DNA from: Candidatus Poribacteria bacterium | GTDB lineage: Bacteria > Poribacteria > WGA-4E > WGA-3G | Direction: 5' to 3' | Assembly (NCBI GenBank): GCA_022824835.1 | Contig: JAJDZB010000073.1 | Span: 23,933-87,932, forward strand | Length of the DNA stretch: 64,000 nucleotides | In this document: positions 18,093 through 26,090 of the stretch, piece after piece | Numbering within the stretch: position 1 is the first letter of the stretch | How the letters are laid out: each line of letters opens with the position of its first letter | Made by a program: the position numbers and the translations under genes | The notes under the pieces: model-generated | Database searches by the model: none | Seen by the model: the letters and a program-made list of their open reading frames with translations, nothing else | Told to the model about the DNA's origin: nothing

Positions 18093-20252
18093 TTATACCG
18101 CATGCAAAGGTGCTAATTCAACATCAAATTGTTTTGAGCCCGCTCTATCAAATCTAACGACTACATAGGTATTTTGACCGTATTCTTTGAGTTTAACTAC
18201 CTTTCCCCTGCCAAAACTGGGGTGGAATACAATTTGATCAACAGTGTATAAGTTTTCTTCTTCTTCAATATATCTAATTTCTTGTTGTGAAAACGCTGAG
18301 TTGTAACGGTCAACGTGTTTGATAAGATGTTGCGGTATTTCTTCAATGAAACGTGAAGGGGTTCTATAGTCTGTTCCTCCCCAACTTCTACGTGAATCTG
18401 CATGGACAAGATAAAGTTGTTCCATTGCTCGTGTAATGCCAACATAACATAGTCTGCGTTCTTCCTCTAAACCCGCTTCCACATTCTCATCGATAGACCG
18501 TTTATGTGGCAAATATCCTTCCTCCATACCGACGATAAAAACAAATGGAAATTCTAACCCTTTTGCACTATGTAATGTCATCAAGGTTACCACATTAGTT
18601 TCATCGGTGTTATCGTCATCTTCCATCGTATCAATATCAGCGATAAGAGCGACATTTTCCAGATAATCGGCAAGTGTTGGTTCTTCAGCAATCATTTCAT
18701 ATTCACAGATTGCGTTCATCAGTTCATCAATATTCTCAACTCTATTTTGTGCTTCTATGGTGCGCTGTTCTTTGAAGTTATCGCGATACCCGGTTGTATT
18801 TAGGATATGTTCAAGCACTTCTGCAGGTAAGTCATCTGCCTCGTACGGGTCGAACAATTTTGCGAATTTGCGTATTTTTTCTTTTATGCCGGCGTTTATT
18901 TTTGGAATTTCGTCAACGCGGTCTATCGCCTCAATGAGGGGTATTTCTTCGTTATCAGCAAAGGTCATCAGCCTTTCAAGTGATGTTGCCCCGATACCGC
19001 GTGTTGGAACATTGATTATCCGTCTGAGACTAATTGAGTCAAAAGGATTACACATGACGCGGAGATATGCCAGTAGGTCTTTAATCTCCATGCGGTCATA
19101 GAAACCGAGTCCGCCGACGATCTGATAAGGTATGTTTGCTGTGCGCAATGCTTCTTCAAAAACTCTTGATTGTGCATTTGTCCGATAAAAGATAGCGAAA
19201 TCTCTATAATCAACCCCTTCCGCATTCCAATCCTCAATTTTTGTTCCGACAAAACCGGCTTCATCGTTCTCATCCATAGCTTCATAGCAGGTAATAAGTT
19301 CACCTTCTTCATTTTTTGTCCAGAGTTTTTTGGCTTTCCTTGCTTTGTTGTTCTGAACGACGCTCCATGCTGCATTTAATATATTCTGCGTTGATCGGTA
19401 ATTCTGTTCCAGTCGTAATACATGTGTGTTGGGATAATGGTTCTCGAAATTGAGTATGTTGTGTATGTTTGCGCCTCGGAAACCGTATATGGATTGGTCA
19501 TCATCACCGACGACACAGACATTCTTTCTTTCCCCTGCCAGTAGACGCACTAACTCATATTGGGTTTGATTTGTGTCTTGATATTCATCAACAAGCACAT
19601 GTAGGAGTTTCTGATTGTAGTATTTTAGTACTTCGGGAAATTTTTTGAATAACGTTACAGTAAAGTTGAGCAGATCATCAAAATCTAATGCGTTGTTCTT
19701 ACGAAGTGTTTCCTGATATAGAGGGTAGACCTTTGCTACGATCTTTTCATAGTATCCATCGGCGTTATTCTCATAGTTTATTGGAGAAATGTTGTTATTT
19801 TTTGCCTTGCTGATCAGATCATGAATGGTTCGTGGGTTATACTGTTTGTCATCTAATCCAGCAGATCTGATTATATCCTTAACGACTGTAACTTGTTCAC
19901 TTTTATCGTAGATGGTAAAATTTTTAGTAAAACCGTCGAGTTTTTCGATATCTCTGCGTAAGATACGTGCACACGTCGAGTGGAAAGTAGAGACCCATAA
20001 GTTTTTACCGATCCCTTCTTCAACGAGTACATCTAATCTTTCTTTCATTTCGTTTGCAGCCTTATTGGTAAAGGTAACAGCAAGTATTCGGAATGGAGAG
20101 ATGCGGTGGTGTTTTATTAGATATGCCACTCGGTGTGTGATAACGCGCGTTTTTCCGCTCCCCGCACCGGAAAGTATCAGAAGGGGACCATCAGTGTGCA
20201 GCACAGCTTCACGTTGCACATTATTTAAGGAACTCAAGAGTTTATCGGACAA
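18093..20252 (-). CDS. pcrA: ATP-dependent DNA helicase PcrA/UvrD (SF1)
   Basis: LNNVQREAV, Walker A SGAGSGKTRV, VDEYQDTN, QNYRST, VTLMTLHSAKGLEFP, LCYVGITRA. TTG start. Confidence 0.9.
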   Translation of the reverse strand: MSDKLLSSLNNVQREAVLHTDGPLLILSGAGSGKTRVITHRVAYLIKHHRISPFRILAVTFTNKAANEMKERLDVLVEEGIGKNLWVSTFHSTCARILRRDIEKLDGFTKNFTIYDKSEQVTVVKDIIRSAGLDDKQYNPRTIHDLISKAKNNNISPINYENNADGYYEKIVAKVYPLYQETLRKNNALDFDDLLNFTVTLFKKFPEVLKYYNQKLLHVLVDEYQDTNQTQYELVRLLAGERKNVCVVGDDDQSIYGFRGANIHNILNFENHYPNTHVLRLEQNYRSTQNILNAAWSVVQNNKARKAKKLWTKNEEGELITCYEAMDENDEAGFVGTKIEDWNAEGVDYRDFAIFYRTNAQSRVFEEALRTANIPYQIVGGLGFYDRMEIKDLLAYLRVMCNPFDSISLRRIINVPTRGIGATSLERLMTFADNEEIPLIEAIDRVDEIPKINAGIKEKIRKFAKLFDPYEADDLPAEVLEHILNTTGYRDNFKEQRTIEAQNRVENIDELMNAICEYEMIAEEPTLADYLENVALIADIDTMEDDDNTDETNVVTLMTLHSAKGLEFPFVFIVGMEEGYLPHKRSIDENVEAGLEEERRLCYVGITRAMEQLYLVHADSRRSWGGTDYRTPSRFIEEIPQHLIKHVDRYNSAFSQQEIRYIEEEENLYTVDQIVFHPSFGRGKVVKLKEYGQNTYVVVRFDRAGSKQFDVELAPLHAV

Positions 20253-20485
20253 AAAACGCCTCCGCGAAATGGGATAGGTAGCAACCTATAAAAGTATACG
20301 CAATTTGGATTTTCTTTGCAAGTGAATTTGTTTGATATTCTCAAAAGTTGTTGAGATTCTTTTGGGTTTAGTTTGTGAAAATGCGACATGATTTCTTTTA
20401 GCATCTGTCTTTAATATCGCCAATCTTGATCGTAATCGCTAACACATTGAAACTATTCGAACGCTGTTACTCGCTATGAGTTCAT

Positions 20486-20524
20486 ACAAAAAACAGGTAG
20501 ATACCCTAAAAGTTTATCTACCTG
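20486..20524 (-). terminator. Rho-independent terminator after PD40 paralog 1
   Basis: Stem CAGGTAGATA/TATCTACCTG (10 bp) followed on the minus strand by a T6 run, 46 nt past the stop. Confidence 0.7.
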
Positions 20525-20569
20525 TCTAAACGTTGACTTCGTTTTCTGAATATTGATTTCGTTAAGGTG

Positions 20570-21670
20570 TCATTTTTTTAACTTTCCCCACTGGGTCTTT
20601 TTTTTCCCAGCAGGCGTAACCGACAGCACATCATCGCTAATCCAGTCTACCGTCTCGTAATTTAATGCATCATGTGTGAGTTGTGTGAGTTCGTCTGTCT
20701 CAAGATCATATTTGTAAATATGAAAATTCTGTATTGGTGTTCCAACGGGACGTATTACGTCGAGTAAGACGGGGCGGGCGGTAAAAATGACCGATTTACC
20801 ATCTTCACCCATCCAGTCTAAACTACCACCATTCAAGTTGGGGGGTATATTCAACTCTTTGATGGTGCTGCCATTTTTGTCGCAAATAATATAGCGATAT
20901 GCCTTATGGATAAGGTGGATAAATGTCACATCCTCCTGTTTCTCCAATTCCCAAGTATATTCGTGTTGTATATAAACAACCCTTTGGCTATCGGGCGACC
21001 ATTTGGGATACGATCTATCAATAACCAATACTCCAGTGCCGCCTATTTGCTGAGGCATAGGGATAAACGGTCTAATCTGTGTGCCATTAGGCTTCATCAC
21101 CCAAATAGTCGTTCCCTGTCCACCTATATCTTTTGATGTAGCATACACAATATACCTGCCATCCGGAGACCAATCCTTTGCATTCATACTGACATCATTG
21201 GCTATCGTTGTAACCTGTCCACTTTTAAAGTTGTATTGTCTGACACTACCGTGAGGAGCACTTCCGTGTGCATGCGGCTTTTGGTAAAAGTGATTAAAAA
21301 CAAAAGACCTGCCATCAGATGAAAAAGCACCTCCTCCCTCATATTCACGTTTCTCTCCCCTATCTGTTTTTTTCGTGATCTGTTGTTGATTTGTGCCATC
21401 CGTATCCATGATAAAAAAGGCATACCCGTAAGACTGCGGGCGAACGCCTTCTTCCCTCACCTGCTTCCGAAACAGGATTTTTTTACCGTCCGGGAACCAT
21501 CTGGCATATCCCGCTCTGTCCCCTTCAGTCAACAATGTGATGTTACTGCCATCATCATCCATCACATAGATACCGGACTGTCCATCGGGACTCGCGTCAA
21601 AAAGGATTTTAGCATTCGCTATCACTCCGAAGCATAGCAGCATGACCAGACTGGTTGTTAATAAACGCAT
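20570..21670 (-). CDS. Secreted PD40/TolB-like beta-propeller protein, paralog 1, with basic C-terminal tag
   Basis: Signal peptide. Repeated WxPDG / SPDG blade motifs (WFPDGKKILF, FSSDGRSFVF, WSPDGRYIVY, WSPDSQRVVY). C-terminus DWISDDVLSVTPAGKKKTQWGKLKK. Confidence 0.7.
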   Translation of the reverse strand: MRLLTTSLVMLLCFGVIANAKILFDASPDGQSGIYVMDDDGSNITLLTEGDRAGYARWFPDGKKILFRKQVREEGVRPQSYGYAFFIMDTDGTNQQQITKKTDRGEKREYEGGGAFSSDGRSFVFNHFYQKPHAHGSAPHGSVRQYNFKSGQVTTIANDVSMNAKDWSPDGRYIVYATSKDIGGQGTTIWVMKPNGTQIRPFIPMPQQIGGTGVLVIDRSYPKWSPDSQRVVYIQHEYTWELEKQEDVTFIHLIHKAYRYIICDKNGSTIKELNIPPNLNGGSLDWMGEDGKSVIFTARPVLLDVIRPVGTPIQNFHIYKYDLETDELTQLTHDALNYETVDWISDDVLSVTPAGKKKTQWGKLKK

Positions 21671-21694
21671 CGTTTTTCTCCCTAAATGTAATGT

Positions 21695-21720
21695 AATGGA
21701 GGGGAACGATCCCCTCCATT
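21695..21720 (-). promoter_or_regulatory. 10-bp-stem hairpin in the 5' leader of PD40 paralog 1
   Basis: AATGGAGGGG-AACGAT-CCCCTCCATT, 24 nt before the ATG. No T-run follows. Confidence 0.5.
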
Positions 21721-21760
21721 TCTTACTCCTTTGAAGTAGTATAATCGCCTTATTTATAGT

Positions 21761-21866
21761 TAAAGGATATTAGCTAAATGTATTTAATTAATATATGCGT
21801 TTCATCTAAAATTCTTTAGCTTTTTTTACATAGAGATCCACGATGTGGTACTATCCGACTTTCGGA
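21761..21866. repeat. Exact 106-bp direct repeat, copy A (upstream of PD40 paralog 1)
   Basis: TAAAGGATATTAGCTAAATG...CCGACTTTCGGA is identical base for base to 25275-25380. Confidence 0.95.
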
Positions 21867-22381
21867 GGGCAGTCAGTGATACCCTGCCCAACAGATCTTT
21901 CTTCAATCGTTCATTCATCTTCCTGAATTTCAAACACAACAGTATCCCTCTTCTTTTCATAAAAGATCATTTTTATATCAATGGTTTGAAGTATATGATG
22001 GAAACATTAAAAATACTTCCGCAAAAACCTGAAGATATTGTTATTGAACAAATTATTGGACACCTAAGTTCTATTGGTGCTATTCATAACACACAAGCTA
22101 ATCTAAATCCAGGATAATTGGCGAAGGTATTGTTATTTGAAAAAAATACCATATTGACGATAGTAATATATAGAATAAATTTGAGGGTATTAACTAAATA
22201 ATGATGCTTTGTTGCATTTCTCCGATATTTAAGATGTCGTAGACATTTCCATTTACTCTGAATTTTGCAAATAAGGCAATCGTCAGATTCGAGTTAACAA
22301 ACAGGATCGTAAATCTATAGGAATAACTCTTTTTGAATACTCTTTACTTGCACAGAAAACCGAAATCAGTCCACGGAGTTT

Positions 22382-23455
22382 TCAATTGTCACGGGACCTT
22401 GATATCCTTACAATCTTTTTTATCGTTCCCCACCGGGTCTTTTTTTTTCCAGCAGGTGTAACAGAAAGTACATCATCACTTATCCAATCTAAACCAGTAA
22501 CCCGTCCAGAAGGACTTGCCAACTGTGTGACATTTCTACTTTTTATATCATACTTATAGATATTGGAAGGTTGTCCACTATCACGAAACCGAACTTTTAG
22601 TTCCACCTCAAATGCATTGAAAACGACAGATTCACCGTTATCCATCCAATCAAGACCGTATGCATGTAAGTTTTTTGGTATCTGCAACTTCCGGGTTGTC
22701 TCGTCCTGTCTATTGTAAATAAAATAGTAATACCCTTGAGGAATATAAAATATCACGCCCTTCTCGTCTTTCCCGAGTGTTTGGAAAGTCTGTTTATACA
22801 GTATCTGTTTACTATCGGGATGCCATCTTGGTGAAAAGTAACTAATGAGCTGACCGTTGTCAGGAGGTCTTGGCAATAGTTCACGCGGATGGCCACCATC
22901 CGATTTCATAATCATGATAGTATTACCACTTACACCCGCAGTTTGAGATGTCGTAAATACGATGTGGTGACCATCAGGAGACCATTTTGGGAAGTCTGCA
23001 AGTGAATCGTAAATCTTTTTGATTTTTCCACTTTTTAGATTCATCATGCAGACACTTTTTTTCTTGTTCCTATTGTTAATTACTTCATATCGACTAAAGA
23101 TGACAGATTCACTGTCTGGTGAAAACGCTGGATAGCTATCTCTTCCAAAAGGTTTTACGGGTGGTGTAAGTTGCCGGATATTCGTACCGTCTGCTGCCAT
23201 TATAAATAGATGCCTTTGTTGAGAATCACGACCTGGTGCTGCACGTCTCGAAAACACTATCTGTTTACCGTTGGGCGACCAGCAAGGGTCGGTTGGACTG
23301 AACAGATCTGTTAGCAACATCTCATTACTACCATCGTCATCCATAACATATATACTATAAATGCCATCGCGTTTAGAACTATAAATTATCTTAGCGTCAA
23401 GCAGTTTTGCAAACAGCAGTAGAATTACGCAGAAGGTGTAAAAGTATAAACGCAC
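22382..23455 (-). CDS. Secreted PD40/TolB-like beta-propeller protein, paralog 2, with basic C-terminal tag
   Basis: Signal peptide. WSPNGKQIVF, FSPDSESVIF, WSPDGHHIVF, WHPDSKQILY. C-terminal DWISDDVLSVTPAGKKKTRWGTIKK plus 10 extra residues. GTG start with GGAG upstream. Confidence 0.7.
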   Translation of the reverse strand: MRLYFYTFCVILLLFAKLLDAKIIYSSKRDGIYSIYVMDDDGSNEMLLTDLFSPTDPCWSPNGKQIVFSRRAAPGRDSQQRHLFIMAADGTNIRQLTPPVKPFGRDSYPAFSPDSESVIFSRYEVINNRNKKKSVCMMNLKSGKIKKIYDSLADFPKWSPDGHHIVFTTSQTAGVSGNTIMIMKSDGGHPRELLPRPPDNGQLISYFSPRWHPDSKQILYKQTFQTLGKDEKGVIFYIPQGYYYFIYNRQDETTRKLQIPKNLHAYGLDWMDNGESVVFNAFEVELKVRFRDSGQPSNIYKYDIKSRNVTQLASPSGRVTGLDWISDDVLSVTPAGKKKTRWGTIKKIVRISRSRDN

Positions 23456-23471
23456 TGTATTTCTCCTTTAG

Positions 23472-23501
23472 ATAAGGAAGGAGACGATGCCCCTTCCTTA
23501 T
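23472..23501 (-). promoter_or_regulatory. 10-bp-stem hairpin in the 5' leader of PD40 paralog 2
   Basis: ATAAGGAAGG-AGACGATGCC-CCTTCCTTAT, 16 nt before the GTG start. The ACGAT loop element is shared with 21695-21720. Confidence 0.5.
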
Positions 23502-23522
23502 GGATAAATGTTATTGGGTATT

Positions 23523-24314
23523 CTACTTCCATTCAAAATCATGATCAGTCATAATATCCCAATTGTCTTTCTTAAAATCACCGCCAACGTTTCCTTTAAC
23601 ATAGTGTCGAATATATACATCAGAGTTGTAACTACCCAGATCTCCGCCGCTAATATCTATCTGCATAGATTCCTCATAACTCTCATTATAAGGACCGTAG
23701 GTACCGCCGTTTGCGGTTATTCCCTGCGTCGGTGGATTAGATTCTTTCGTATCTGTAAAACCATTTGGACCGGTGACTGTATGTCTGAATCTGGAGGTGC
23801 TAGTCCACTCAAATTCAGTATCGTTCTGAGCATAAACGGATGCCTCAAATGTTATATAAGGATGTTCATAGGAGTGGCGACTGAGTTCCGTCTCTCCATA
23901 AACACCGGTGTCTGATCCATACCCACTATTTACATCAGGTTTATACACTTTAAAAGTCTTTGTGACGACAATGTCGTCGCCTACAGACTGCATAACATTT
24001 AATTTAAGTGTATGTTCTGTCCCTTGTAGACTGCCGCCAAAATTACTCTCATCATACCAGAGAAAGTCATAGGTTCGCTTACCGTCACCATAAGCTCTAT
24101 CTATCCAGGTATCATCCAGGTAATAGTCTATGCCATGATACGGTTCACTCGTTTGCACATCAACCATCATTATAAAATAATCGTTCGAACTTAAAGAAGA
24201 ATAAACATATAATGACTCAATCTCAATATCGGCATTACTTGTGTTGATAAACCCAAGCAGAATTATAGTGCAGAACAGGATTATTGATATTAATCCTTTG
24301 CTAAATCTTAACAT
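23523..24314 (-). CDS. Hypothetical secreted protein
   Basis: Signal peptide/TM at the N-terminus, Tyr/Asp/Gly-rich mature part, no family recognised. Lies between the sigma gene and PD40 paralog 2. Confidence 0.5.
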   Translation of the reverse strand: MLRFSKGLISIILFCTIILLGFINTSNADIEIESLYVYSSLSSNDYFIMMVDVQTSEPYHGIDYYLDDTWIDRAYGDGKRTYDFLWYDESNFGGSLQGTEHTLKLNVMQSVGDDIVVTKTFKVYKPDVNSGYGSDTGVYGETELSRHSYEHPYITFEASVYAQNDTEFEWTSTSRFRHTVTGPNGFTDTKESNPPTQGITANGGTYGPYNESYEESMQIDISGGDLGSYNSDVYIRHYVKGNVGGDFKKDNWDIMTDHDFEWK

Positions 24315-24419
24315 TTTCTTACTCCTTTTCAGAATAAAAAAGGTACATTATTTCAATACCTTCGTTAAAAATCTACAGTTCTTCATACTACGTTGGAAAT
24401 CACCCTTATACTTTTAAAC

Positions 24420-24452
24420 ATGCGTTTCATCAGAAAAAGTTTAGCTTTTTTT
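24420..24452 (-). promoter_or_regulatory. Third copy of the 33-bp core ATGCGTTTCATC-N8-TTTAGCTTTTTTT shared with the 106-bp repeats
   Basis: The same two blocks with the same 8-nt spacing occur at 21795-21827 and 25309-25341. Here they lie about 106 nt upstream of the secreted hypothetical gene start at 24314. Confidence 0.55.
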
Positions 24453-24581
24453 CGCAAATTCTTTAGTAAGTGAGAAAACATAATAAAAAGTACATTCAAA
24501 AACGGGTTTTGCAGAATGCGCGTTTGGCATTCCGCAGGAAGGCGAAACAACGCTTCTGTAAAAATACAAACATTCGTTAGA

Positions 24582-25242
24582 TTATTGTTCAGTATCACGA
24601 TACGGATTACCTCTTACTCTTTCAAGTGCGGCTAAGTATGCTTTGCCAAGTTTCTCCAGTGCAGATTTGGTGAGCTGACTCACCCGTCCTTTTGACACTT
24701 CCAAGATTTCGGCTATCTCTGCTCCATTAAACTCTTGGAAAAACTTCATTTCAATCACGGCGCGTTCCTTTTGTGTCAGTCTATTCATTAATTTCGGCAA
24801 GTGCTTTCTTAAGGTTTCAATTTCTATCTGGTGTGTCACGGTTTCTGCTACATCCTCTATTGCACCCGCTTGTGCGGTTAAGTTATCAACCAACGGATTA
24901 TGTTTACAGTTAGCGTCATCATCCATATCTTCTTGATGCGTAAAAGGACTCTGAAGCAATACTTTTTTACGTTCTGACCAGAGCCGAGTGCAGACACGCG
25001 CCTTAATGAAACGTAGTATAACTCGCGCCACTGGGGTGATCTGGGTCATACTTCGGTGTTTCTTCCAACACTGTCAAAAATGCAAGTTGACGCAAATCCT
25101 CTTTAAAACTTCTCAACTGTGCATTGTTGCCTACGGCACAATCGGCACAGTGGTGTATTGACGATTCTGCAGAAAGCGGATTTTGTGGAACAACATAGAA
25201 TGGACATTTGCCTCTGTTATGCGGACCTCTTTGTTCTGTCAT
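24582..25242 (-). pseudogene. Group-3 (FliA/WhiG-like) sigma-70 family factor, reading frame split by a single-nucleotide frameshift near 25003-25010
   Basis: ORF 25003..25242 ends ..LRQLAFLTVLEETPKYDPDHPSGASYTTFH* (region 2.1/2.2-like). ORF 24582..25049 continues in another frame with IKARVCTRLW (region 2.3-like) and the region 4 HTH LTQKERAVIEMKFF..EIAEILEVSKGRVSQLTKSALEKL. The two frames overlap at ACG TTT CAT TAA GGC. Confidence 0.6.
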
Positions 25243-25274
25243 CGGTTTTACCTCCTAACAATAAAGTGAACCGA

Positions 25275-25380
25275 TAAAGGATATTAGCTAAATGTATTTA
25301 ATTAATATATGCGTTTCATCTAAAATTCTTTAGCTTTTTTTACATAGAGATCCACGATGTGGTACTATCCGACTTTCGGA
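25275..25380. repeat. Exact 106-bp direct repeat, copy B (upstream of the sigma gene)
   Basis: Identical to 21761-21866, offset 3514 bp. Confidence 0.95.
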
Positions 25381-25903
25381 ATGCTACAAAGTCATGAACT
25401 CTTTCCACAACACTTAGAAACGATCCAGACAGGAACACATATCCTGGCAACAACAGCTGTCGCTATCTGTCTTCTTCGCGGCGTGCCGGTGCTAATGGAG
25501 GTATAACATACATCCAAACCGCATGCACATACAACACACCAACCGCAAAACACCATTCAAGCATTGAAGAGACGTAGACTCTCTTTTTTAGGGATCTCTT
25601 TGTTTAACGAATGGGTGTTGCTAAAACTTTACACACCTATAGGTGTCATTTTAGTGAAAAACGTTAGTGGGTTTGATACACCTTTCGCCCCTCTGGGGCT
25701 TGCTGTTGGTTGGATCACTGTGGACTATACACCTTTCGCCTCTCTGAGGCTTTGGAAAATCACAAATCAGCACCCGCTGAATGCCATACGCGCATTCATA
25801 GCGTTGATTTCGGTGCGGAAGGTATGGGGTAAAATCGAATTTATATAGCCTGTCAACAAGAGGGAATATCCTTAAATTGACGCCTATGGTGGTTGTATAA
25901 AGA

Positions 25904-26090
25904 AGCACAATCAAGGATGAATGTGCTACAGCACAATCAGGATGTATGTTGTGTGGAGAGGGGTAATGGAGGATGAATGTTGTAGAAAGAGGCACAATCT
26001 AACAGAATGTGCTACAGTTCAAATACTGGGGCACAATCAAGGATGAATGTGCTACAGTTCAAATACTGGGCACAATCTAACAGAATGTCT
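25904..26090. repeat. Array of GCACAATC-N-AATGTGCTACA(GTTCAAATACTGG) units
   Basis: Five units, two of them about 40 bp and almost identical (25991-26030 and 26031-26070). Confidence 0.85.

Noticed and set aside
21845-22117. ORF 21845..22117 (+), plus short ATG ORFs starting inside each 106-bp repeat (21843 and 25357). The second encodes a 50-aa peptide with one hydrophobic stretch.
   Set aside because: The two repeat copies are identical only up to codon 8 and then diverge completely, giving a 27-aa and a 50-aa product. The shared sequence is therefore not a conserved coding start. I kept this as an unproven possibility for a small membrane peptide at 25357-25509.
24383-24598. ORF 24383..24598 (-), 71 aa.
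   Set aside because: It lies over the shared cis element and hairpin repeat (24420-24452, 24511-24535). It is low-complexity and AT-driven, and it overlaps the sigma gene 3' end.
25564-25995. ORFs 25564..25848 (+) and 25651..25995 (-) in the 1 kb gap.
   Set aside because: Both run through duplicated non-coding units, which gives repeated peptide segments such as PQRGERCI twice. They overlap each other on opposite strands, and neither has a family resemblance or a credible RBS.
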